UHGV virus genome: UHGV-1428471
Source: a virus
Reading direction: 5' to 3' (one strand)
DNA length: 24,250 bases
Shown here: piece by piece, positions 17,717 to 24,250 of the stretch
Numbering within the stretch: position 1 is the first letter of the stretch
Layout: the number at the start of each line of letters is the position of its first letter
Position numbers and translations under genes: made by a program
Notes under the pieces: generated by a model
What the model was told of the DNA's origin: nothing
Database searches by the model: none
Seen by the model: only the letters and a program-made list of their open reading frames with translations

Positions 17717-17919
17717 TGAAAGTGCGTGCGCATCAGTATGACACGGTGGACGCGCTTTGCTGGCGTCATTACGGGCGTACGCAGGGTGTCACTGAGCAGG
17801 TTCTGCAGGCAAATCCGGGGCTGGCTGAGTACGGCCCATTTTTACCGCACGGGCTGCAGGTGGAGCTGCCGGACATTACGGCGTCAACCACGGCGCAGAC
17901 CGTCCAGCTATGGGACTGA
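17716..17919 (+). CDS. X: Tail protein X (P2 gpX family)
   Basis: 67 aa, same length as P2 X; position before the lysis genes. Confidence 0.8.
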   Translation: MKVRAHQYDTVDALCWRHYGRTQGVTEQVLQANPGLAEYGPFLPHGLQVELPDITASTTAQTVQLWD

Positions 17920-17922
17920 ATT

Positions 17923-18138
17923 ATGACGCTTGAACGAATCAGCGCCTTTATCACTTACTGCATCGCCGTGCTGCTGGCATGGCTGGGCGATCTGTCGCTC
18001 AAGGATGCGTCAACGGTTGGCGGCGTACTGATTGGTGTGCTGATGCTGGCTATCAACTGGTACTACAAACACCAGTCTTTCAAATTGTTACGTGGCGGCA
18101 AAATTTCGCGGGGGGAATATGAATCCTTCAATCGTTAA
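17923..18138 (+). CDS. Holin, class II / pinholin-like
   Basis: 71 aa with two hydrophobic segments (ISAFITYCIAVLLAWL and VGGVLIGVLMLAINWYY) and a charged C-terminus; immediately upstream of a SAR endolysin. Confidence 0.7.
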   Translation: MTLERISAFITYCIAVLLAWLGDLSLKDASTVGGVLIGVLMLAINWYYKHQSFKLLRGGKISRGEYESFNR

Positions 18139-18628
18139 GCGCTGCCTTGTCGGGGCGGTGCTGGCTATCGCCGCCACGCTGCCCGGTTTCCAGTCGCTTC
18201 ATACCTCCGTTGAGGGGCTGAAACTGATCGCCGATTACGAGGGATGCCGCCTGCAGCCTTATCAGTGCAGCGCGGGCGTGTGGACCGACGGGATCGGCAA
18301 TACGTCCGGTGTGGTGCCGGGCAAAACTATCACGGAACGGCAGGCGGCGCAGGGACTTATCACCAATGTGCTGCGCGTGGAGCGGGCGCTGGAAAAATGT
18401 GTGGTGCAGCCGATGCCGCAAAAGGTCTATGACGCGGTGGTGTCGTTTGCTTTCAACGTGGGCACCGGCAACGCCTGCAGCTCCACGCTGGTTAAGTTGC
18501 TGAACCAGCGGCGCTGGGCGGATGCCTGCCATCAACTGCCGCGCTGGGTATATGTCAAAGGTGTGTTTAATCAGGGGCTGGACAACCGCCGCGCGCGGGA
18601 AATGGCCTGGTGCTTAAAAGGAGCATAA
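18119..18628 (+). CDS. SAR endolysin (T4-lysozyme-like muramidase, GH24) with N-terminal signal-anchor-release domain
   Basis: N-terminal hydrophobic segment CLVGAVLAIAATLPGF followed by E-x8-D-x5-T catalytic pattern (EGLKLIADYEGCRLQPYQCSAGVWTDGIGNT). Confidence 0.85.
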   Translation: MNPSIVKRCLVGAVLAIAATLPGFQSLHTSVEGLKLIADYEGCRLQPYQCSAGVWTDGIGNTSGVVPGKTITERQAAQGLITNVLRVERALEKCVVQPMPQKVYDAVVSFAFNVGTGNACSSTLVKLLNQRRWADACHQLPRWVYVKGVFNQGLDNRRAREMAWCLKGA

Positions 18629-18632
18629 CGGA

Positions 18633-19010
18633 ATGAAAAAGAAAGTCATGAGCGTTTTTTTCCAGCTGGCATGGGCTGCGCTGTTGGTTATCAGCCTGCT
18701 GTATCCGCGCAGCGTTGCGCCGGTTCTGGTTGGTGCGTCTGTCTGGGTGTCATGCTTCCTCGCCTGGCTGCTTGCTGCGCTGTGCGCTGTCGGGTGGTTC
18801 GCCGGAGATCGGGCGCGCGATGAGGTCAGGGCGGCATTGCTGAAATTCAGGGCGCACCCCGTAAAACCCGTGCGTACATGGGTAATCAGGCTGCTTATTG
18901 TTCTGTGCCTGGCGTTTTCTGGATGGGTGATCACCCTGGTGTTTTACCTGCTGACGCTGGTTCTGTATCAGATTGCCCGCGCGCCGCTTCATGAGCCGAT
19001 GGCGGCCTGA
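18633..19010 (+). CDS. lysA: LysA-like multi-pass membrane protein (lysis timing)
   Basis: 125 aa with about 4 predicted TM segments, in the P2 lysA position after the endolysin. Confidence 0.6.
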   Translation: MKKKVMSVFFQLAWAALLVISLLYPRSVAPVLVGASVWVSCFLAWLLAALCAVGWFAGDRARDEVRAALLKFRAHPVKPVRTWVIRLLIVLCLAFSGWVITLVFYLLTLVLYQIARAPLHEPMAA

Positions 19011-19435
19011 TGCGTGCGCTGGCGGTAGTGCTGGCGCTGGCACTTGCGGCGCTGGGCTGGCAGTCGTGGCGGCTTAACAATGCCAGCCACACTATCGAGA
19101 CGCAGGGCGCGGCGCTGAAAAGCAAAACGCAGGAGCTGACGAAGAAAAACAGCCAGCTGATCGGCCTGTCCATTCTGACCGAAACCAACAGCCGGGAGCA
19201 GGCGCGGCTTTATGCGGCAGCGGAACAGACCACCGCACTTCTGCGCAGCCGCCAGCACCGGATCGAGGAACTGAAACGTGAAAACGAGGATTTGCGCCGC
19301 TGGGCTGATACTCCTTTGCCTGCTGACATTATCCGGCTGCGGGAGCGTCCGGCCCTCGCCGGAGGTGCAGCTTACCGTGAGTGGCTGTCCCAGAGTGACG
19401 CAGTGCCGTCTGGAAAGGTCAGCGCCGCGCAGTAA
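19010..19435 (+). CDS. lysB: LysB, Rz-like inner-membrane spanin
   Basis: N-terminal TM (ALAVVLALALAALGW) followed by a charged coiled-coil region; P2 lysB position. Confidence 0.7.
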   Translation: MRALAVVLALALAALGWQSWRLNNASHTIETQGAALKSKTQELTKKNSQLIGLSILTETNSREQARLYAAAEQTTALLRSRQHRIEELKRENEDLRRWADTPLPADIIRLRERPALAGGAAYREWLSQSDAVPSGKVSAAQ

Positions 19436-19568
19436 CGGCGATCTGAACGCGGTGCTGGATGAAACCGAGGCCGCCTGGGCGGTCTGTGCTGACAAAGTGG
19501 ACACGATTATTGCGTGTCAGGAGCGAGACAGTGAACAAACCGCAGTCCTTACGCAGCGCGCTGAATAA
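19278..19568 (+). CDS. lysC: LysC, Rz1-like outer-membrane lipoprotein spanin, overlapping lysB in another frame
   Basis: Signal peptide with lipobox LSGC (…LLCLLTLSGCGS…); out-of-frame overlap with lysB and extension past its stop; start codon uncertain (GTG at 19278). Confidence 0.55.
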   Translation: MKTRICAAGLILLCLLTLSGCGSVRPSPEVQLTVSGCPRVTQCRLERSAPRSNGDLNAVLDETEAAWAVCADKVDTIIACQERDSEQTAVLTQRAE

Positions 19569-19962
19569 AGCGGTGCCTTATGTCCGCGACAACCCGGACA
19601 AGCTGCACCTTTTCGTTGATAACGGCTCACTGGTGGCAACCGGTGCCAGCTCTATGTCATGGGAATACCGCTACACCCTGAACGTGGTGATCGAGGATTT
19701 CAGTGGTGACCAGAATCTGCTGATGGCTCCGGTGTTGCTATGGCTCAGCGAAAATCAGCCGGACGCCATCAACAACCCGGAGCTGCGCGAAAAACTGTTC
19801 ACCTTTGAAGTGGATATTCTGCGCAATGATGTGTGCGATATCAGCCTGAATCTGCAACTGACGGAGCGTGTACTGGTCAGCACTGATGGCAGCGTGTCAA
19901 GCGTTGAAGCGGTGCCGGAGCCGGACGAATCCGAAGAAATGTGGACGGTGAAACGTGGATGA
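19531..19962 (+). CDS. R: Tail completion protein R (P2 gpR family)
   Basis: GTG at 19531 with AGGAG SD; the track ORF starts at 19459 but would overlap lysC extensively; sequence pattern resembles P2 R as recalled. Confidence 0.7.
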   Translation: MNKPQSLRSALNKAVPYVRDNPDKLHLFVDNGSLVATGASSMSWEYRYTLNVVIEDFSGDQNLLMAPVLLWLSENQPDAINNPELREKLFTFEVDILRNDVCDISLNLQLTERVLVSTDGSVSSVEAVPEPDESEEMWTVKRG

Positions 19963-20410
19963 ACTGCAGAGGGTGGATGACTGGCTAACGGCATTGCTGG
20001 CAAATCTGGAGCCTGCAGCACGCAGCCGTATGATGCGGCAACTGGCGCAACAGCTACGCCGGACGCAGCAGCAGAACATCAGGATGCAGCGTAATCCTGA
20101 CGGCAGCGGCTATGAGCCGCGCCGGGTGACAGCCCGTAACAAGAAGGGACGCATCAAACGCCAGATGTTTGCAAAGCTTCGCACCACAAAATACCTGAAA
20201 ACTGCAGCCAGTGCCGACTCTGCCAGCGTGCAGTTTGAGGGCAAGGTGCAGCGCATTGCCCGTGTTCACCACTACGGCCTTCGGGATCGCGTCAGCCGTA
20301 AAGGTCCAGAGTTCCGCTATGCAGAACGCCGCCTGCTAGGAATAAACGATGTAGTTCAAGCCCAAGCAACTGATAAATTGTTGTCTTGGATTATAGATAT
20401 GGGACGTTGA
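19955..20410 (+). CDS. S: Tail completion / virion morphogenesis protein S (P2 gpS family)
   Basis: 151 aa, same size as P2 S, canonical position; last about 25 codons are AT-rich, consistent with a junction to the adjacent moron. Confidence 0.8.
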   Translation: MDELQRVDDWLTALLANLEPAARSRMMRQLAQQLRRTQQQNIRMQRNPDGSGYEPRRVTARNKKGRIKRQMFAKLRTTKYLKTAASADSASVQFEGKVQRIARVHHYGLRDRVSRKGPEFRYAERRLLGINDVVQAQATDKLLSWIIDMGR

Positions 20411-20412
20411 AT

Positions 20413-20667
20413 TTAGCACAGTGTAATAACAGAAGCTCCTGTGTCAGCATTAACACAAATTTCAACTTGGGTTTTATTTTCAGCGATATTTCGTAGATGG
20501 GCTGTGTCAGGATGATTAAATAACGCTTCAATTCCCTGCCTCTCAACTAATTCGACAAATCCTTTTCCACTGTCATTAAAAATAAACATCACTTTAGTCG
20601 AATCGTCTGTGATTTTTTGGGCGATTACTTTGCCTTGTGCCGGAACATCAATGCGAAAAATAGACAT
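20413..20667 (-). CDS. AT-rich reverse-strand moron between S and V; 84-aa hypothetical protein
   Basis: Internal ATG at 20667 with SD GAGGA (the track ORF extends to 20736); opposite orientation to the surrounding late operon; low GC. Confidence 0.5.
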   Translation of the reverse strand: MSIFRIDVPAQGKVIAQKITDDSTKVMFIFNDSGKGFVELVERQGIEALFNHPDTAHLRNIAENKTQVEICVNADTGASVITLC

Positions 20668-20698
20668 TTTGCTTCCTCTCTGTGGATGATGTCGAAAT

Positions 20699-20716
20699 TG
20701 TAACATAGTCAGCACA
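20699..20716. promoter_or_regulatory. Late-promoter activator site TGT-N12-ACA upstream of V (PV-like)
   Basis: TGTaacatagtcagcACA about 50 bp upstream of the V start codon. Confidence 0.45.
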
Positions 20717-20763
20717 ATCGCGAGGGTGTGTGACATCTATGAAAAACTGACAATCTTTCATCT

Positions 20764-21342
20764 ATGAATACACAACTAACAGAAATCATGCGCCTTATCA
20801 CCAATCTGATCCGCACCGGCATTGTGACCGAGGTGGACCGGAAGAAATGGCTGTGCCGGGTGAAAGTGGGCGAGCTTGAAACCAACTGGATTAACTGGCT
20901 GACGCTACGCGCCGGTGGTGCCCGTACATGGTGGTGCCCGTCGCCGGATGAGCAGGTGGTAGTGCTGAGCATGGGCGGCAATCTGGAAACCGCTTTTGTG
21001 CTGCCCGCCATCTACTCCAATCAGTTTCCGCCGCCGTCGGATTCCGTGGACGGCTGTGTGACGGAGTACCCGGACGGGGGATGGTTTGAGTATGAACCCG
21101 CCACCGGACGATGGCATGTCAGGGGCATCAAATCCATGGTGATCGAGGCATCAGACAGCGTCACCTACAAAACCGGTGAGTTTGTGGTGGAGGCTGACAC
21201 CACGCGCATTAACAGCGAGGTGGTGATCAATGGCGGCGTCACCCAGGGCGGCGGCGCAATGAGTTCTAACGGGATCGTAGTTGATGACCATGAGCATACA
21301 GGCGTTCTGAAAGGCGGCGCTAACACGGGAGGTCCGGTATGA
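20764..21342 (+). CDS. V: Baseplate assembly/spike protein V (P2 gpV family)
   Basis: N-terminus and motifs (TWWCPSPDEQVVVLSMGGNLETAFVLPAIYS…HTGVLKGG) match P2 V as recalled. Confidence 0.9.
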   Translation: MNTQLTEIMRLITNLIRTGIVTEVDRKKWLCRVKVGELETNWINWLTLRAGGARTWWCPSPDEQVVVLSMGGNLETAFVLPAIYSNQFPPPSDSVDGCVTEYPDGGWFEYEPATGRWHVRGIKSMVIEASDSVTYKTGEFVVEADTTRINSEVVINGGVTQGGGAMSSNGIVVDDHEHTGVLKGGANTGGPV

Positions 21343-21698
21343 CGTTGTATATCGGTATGAGCAGGAATGACGGGCATGCCATTGCAGATACAGACCATCT
21401 GCGCCAGTCGGTGCGGGATATTCTGCTGACGCCGCAGGGCAGCCGTCTTGCTCGCCGGGAATATGGCTCCCTGCTGTCTGCCCTGATTGACCAGCCGCAG
21501 AACCCGGCGCTGCGCCTGCAGATTATGTCTGCGGTCTATGTGGCGCTGAACCGTTGGGAGCCGCGCCTTACGCTGGACTCCATCATCATCAACGGCAATT
21601 TTGACGGCTCTATGGCGGTTGAGCTTACCGGGCACAGCAATAACGGCGCGCCAGTTTCCCTTTCCGTATCAACAGGAGCAGACAATGGCAGTCATTGA
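21339..21698 (+). CDS. W: Baseplate protein W (gp25/GPW family)
   Basis: 119 aa, ATGA overlap with V; canonical position and size. Confidence 0.85.
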   Translation: MTLYIGMSRNDGHAIADTDHLRQSVRDILLTPQGSRLARREYGSLLSALIDQPQNPALRLQIMSAVYVALNRWEPRLTLDSIIINGNFDGSMAVELTGHSNNGAPVSLSVSTGADNGSH

Positions 21699-22593
21699 TC
21701 TTTCCCGGCTACCTCCGCCACAAATTGTGGACGTGCCGGACTTTGAGGCATTGCTGGCAGAGCGTAAGGCCACCTTTGTGGCCCTCCATCCGGCTGATGA
21801 ACAGGAGGCTGTTATACGCACGTTAGCGCTGGAGTCAGAACCTGTCACTAAACTGCTGCAGGAAAATACTTACCGCGAAATCCTGCTGCGCCAGCGTATT
21901 AATGAGGCTGCGCAGGCGGTCATGGTGGCCTATTCCATGGGAAATGACCTTGAACAACTGGCAGGTAACTGCAACGTGAAGCGCCTGACGGTAGTCCCTG
22001 CCGATAATGACGCGGTGCCGCCGGTCGCCGCAGTGATGGAAAGTGATGAAGCATTACGCCAGCGCATTCCTGCAGCATTTGAGGGGCTGTCCGTTGCAGG
22101 GCCGGCGGGAGCCTATGAGTTCCACGCCAGAAGTGCCGACGGGCGCGTGGCTGATGCCAGCGCAACCAGTCCAGCACCGGCTGAGGTGGTGCTTACCGTA
22201 CTGAGCCGCGAGGGTGATGGTACGGCAGGGGCTGACCTGCTGGCAGTGGTTGAACAGGCGCTTAACAGTGAAAAGGTTCGCCCGGTGGCAGACCGCCTGA
22301 CGGTGCGCAGCGCTGAAATTATTCCGTATAGCGTGGACGCGACGATCTTCCTTTATCCTGGGCCGGAGGCTGAGCCGGTGATGGCAGAAGCAAAAGCCAG
22401 TCTGCAGAAATACATCGCCAGTCAGACGCGGCTGGGACGTGATATCCGCCGTAGCGCCATCTTTGCTGCTCTGCATGTTGAGGGTGTTCAACGTGTGGAA
22501 CTGGCTTCTCCGCTGGCGGATGTGGTCCTGAACAAAACACAGGCGGCATCATGTACGCAGTGGAGCGTAACCAACGGAGGAACGGATGAATAG
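21685..22593 (+). CDS. J: Baseplate protein J (P2 gpJ family)
   Basis: Internal ATG at 21685 with AGGAG SD gives 302 aa, equal to P2 J length; overlaps W end. Confidence 0.85.
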   Translation: MAVIDLSRLPPPQIVDVPDFEALLAERKATFVALHPADEQEAVIRTLALESEPVTKLLQENTYREILLRQRINEAAQAVMVAYSMGNDLEQLAGNCNVKRLTVVPADNDAVPPVAAVMESDEALRQRIPAAFEGLSVAGPAGAYEFHARSADGRVADASATSPAPAEVVLTVLSREGDGTAGADLLAVVEQALNSEKVRPVADRLTVRSAEIIPYSVDATIFLYPGPEAEPVMAEAKASLQKYIASQTRLGRDIRRSAIFAALHVEGVQRVELASPLADVVLNKTQAASCTQWSVTNGGTDE

Positions 22594-23191
22594 TCTGCTG
22601 CCACCGGGTTCAACTTCACTGGAGCGCCGACTGGCGCAAACCTGTAGCGGGATTTCTGATTTGCAGGTGCCGCTGCGTGACTTGTGGAATCCGGCTACCT
22701 GTCCGGTCAGCTTCCTGCCTTATCTCGCCTGGGCGTTCTCTGTGGATCGCTGGGACGAGGGCTGGACAGAAAGCGTCAAACGCCAGGTAGTGAAGGATGC
22801 TTTTTATATTCATCAGCATAAAGGAACCACCAGTGCCGTGCGGCGGGTGGTGGAACCGTTCGGATTCCTGATCCGCATTATTGAGTGGTGGCAGACCGGA
22901 GAAACACCGGGCACGTTTCGCCTGGATATCGGCGTGCAGGACCAGGGCATCACTGAAGATACCTATCTGGAACTTGAGCGACTGATAAGCGATGCCAAAC
23001 CATGTAGCCGCCACATGATCGGCATGTCCATCAATCTGCAGACCAGCGGCCTGCATTGGGTGGGAGCCGCCAGCTATCTTGGCGAAGAAATCACGATCTA
23101 TCCGTATATCAACGAAACGATTATTTCCGGTGGCACCGCGCATGAAGGCGGGGCGGTCCATGTTATTGACACAATGAGAGTGAATCCATGA
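22586..23191 (+). CDS. I: Baseplate/tail protein I (P2 gpI family)
   Basis: 201 aa following J in canonical order; overlaps J end and H start. Confidence 0.85.
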   Translation: MNSLLPPGSTSLERRLAQTCSGISDLQVPLRDLWNPATCPVSFLPYLAWAFSVDRWDEGWTESVKRQVVKDAFYIHQHKGTTSAVRRVVEPFGFLIRIIEWWQTGETPGTFRLDIGVQDQGITEDTYLELERLISDAKPCSRHMIGMSINLQTSGLHWVGAASYLGEEITIYPYINETIISGGTAHEGGAVHVIDTMRVNP

Positions 23192-24250
23192 GCACAAAAT
23201 TTTATACCCTGCTGACGGATATTGGCGCGGCGAAACTTGCCAGCGCCGCCGCGCTCGGTGTGCCGCTAAAAATTACCCATATGGCGGTGGGCGATGGCGG
23301 TGGAGTATTGCCAACGCCGGACGCAAAGCAGACGGCACTGGTAAATGAGAAACGCCGGGCTGCGCTGAATATGCTTTATATCGACCCGCAGAACAGCAGC
23401 CAGATTATTGCCGAACAGGTGATCCCTGAAAACGAGGGCGGTTGGTGGATACGTGAAGTGGGCTTGTTTGATGAGTCCGGGGCATTGATTGCCGTGGGCA
23501 ACTGCCCGGAAAGCTATAAGCCGCAACTGGCTGAAGGTAGCGGGCGCACTCAGACCGTGCGCATGGTGCTGATTACCAGCAGCACGGACAATATCACCCT
23601 GAAAATCGACCCTGCTGTAGTGCTGGCAACCCGCAAGTATGTGGATGACAAGGCACTGGAGCTGAAGGTGTACGCGGATGATCAGATGGCAAAACATCTT
23701 GCCGCACCGGACCCGCATTCACAGTACGCGCCAAAAGCCAGCCCGACATTTACCGGAACCCCCAAAGCGCCGACGCCAGCGGCGGGGAATAATACCACGC
23801 AACTTGCGACCACCGCGTTTGTTCAGGCGGCACTGACAGCCCTTATTAATGGTGCGCCAGCCACGCTGGACACGCTGAAAGAAATAGCCGCAGCCATTAA
23901 CAATGATCCGAATTTCAGTACCACCATTAACAATGCGCTGGCACTAAAAGCACCGTTGTCGAGTCCGGCACTCACCGGAACGCCAACAGCCCCCACGGCG
24001 GCGCAGTCGGTCAACAATACACAGATTGCCACTACGGCTTTTGTGAAATCGGCGATTGCAGGAATGGTGGGTTCTGCACCTGCTGCACTGGATACACTGA
24101 ACGAACTGGCGGCGGCACTGGGGAATGATCCGAACTTTGCCACGACAATGCTTAATGCGCTGGCAGGTAAACAACCGCTGGACAATACGCTTACCAATTT
24201 GAGTGGAAAGGATATAGCTGGTCTTCTCACATACCTTGGTTTGGGAGAAG
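23188..24250 (+). CDS. H: Tail fibre protein H, N-terminal part (partial; continues beyond window)
   Basis: N-terminus (…MAVGDGGG…ESYKPQLAEGSGRTQT…) and repeated …NNTQIATTAFV…PAALDTLNELAAALGNDPNFATTM… blocks match the P2 H N-terminal domain as recalled; no stop before the window end. Confidence 0.9.
   Translation, partial: MSTKFYTLLTDIGAAKLASAAALGVPLKITHMAVGDGGGVLPTPDAKQTALVNEKRRAALNMLYIDPQNSSQIIAEQVIPENEGGWWIREVGLFDESGALIAVGNCPESYKPQLAEGSGRTQTVRMVLITSSTDNITLKIDPAVVLATRKYVDDKALELKVYADDQMAKHLAAPDPHSQYAPKASPTFTGTPKAPTPAAGNNTTQLATTAFVQAALTALINGAPATLDTLKEIAAAINNDPNFSTTINNALALKAPLSSPALTGTPTAPTAAQSVNNTQIATTAFVKSAIAGMVGSAPAALDTLNELAAALGNDPNFATTMLNALAGKQPLDNTLTNLSGKDIAGLLTYLGLGE
23790..24180 (+). 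repeat. Internal tandem repeat within tail fibre H (two about 50-codon units)
   Basis: Protein-level repeat TQLATTAFVQAALTALINGAPATLDTLKEIAAAINNDPNFSTTINNALA… / TQIATTAFVKSAIAGMVGSAPAALDTLNELAAALGNDPNFATTMLNALA…. Confidence 0.6.

Larger units (their letters stand above)
110..24250. mobile_element. P2/186-like prophage, left part: attL side through early region, cos, head, lysis and baseplate genes into tail fibre H; right end outside window
   Basis: Gene content and order match P2/186 as I recall them: int, repressor, apl/cII, A, Q, P, O, N, M, L, X, lysis genes, R, S, V, W, J, I, H. Exact attL core not determinable without attR. Confidence 0.85.

Noticed and set aside
22054-23197. Reverse-strand ORFs (145, 77, 193 aa) overlapping baseplate genes J and I
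   Set aside because: Antisense to conserved baseplate genes; high-GC shadow ORFs.
23266-24230. Reverse-strand ORFs (150, 135, 76 aa) inside tail fibre gene H
   Set aside because: Antisense to H, whose N-terminal sequence is clearly recognisable; the repeated Ala/Ser-rich translation mirrors the H internal repeat.
1-24250. CRISPR arrays, tRNA/rRNA genes, IS elements
   Set aside because: No regularly spaced short direct repeats, no tRNA-like cloverleaf sequence near attL or elsewhere, and no transposase-like ORF or terminal inverted repeats were seen on visual inspection.

Overview
The window is the left ~24 kb of an integrated P2/186-like (Peduovirinae-type) temperate prophage in an enterobacterial-like genome; it runs off the right edge inside tail-fibre gene H. 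All calls come from reading the supplied ORF translations and the DNA by eye; no search or alignment was run, and family assignments rest on recalled motifs and recalled P2/186 gene order. Layout, left to right: 3' end of a host gene, attL region, integrase (-), an AT-rich lysogeny-operon module (CI-like repressor with duplicated HTH, DUF262/ParB-like protein, HEPN-like protein; all -), divergent Apl/CII lytic operon (+), small early ORFs, TraR-like zinc finger, Dam methyltransferase, replication protein A, a LexA-box-fronted tum/dinI-like pair, an acidic moron (-), putative cos, portal Q (-), an extra terminase-ATPase-domain paralogue (-), terminase P (-), then O N M L X, a pinholin/SAR-endolysin/LysA/LysB/LysC lysis cassette, R, S, a reverse-strand AT-rich moron, and V W J I H(partial). 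The strongest candidate for an undescribed system is the DUF262 + HEPN pair, translationally coupled to the repressor gene and so probably expressed in the lysogen. Second is the degenerate terminase-ATPase paralogue wedged between Q and P. Other points worth follow-up are the acidic moron near cos and the S/V moron.
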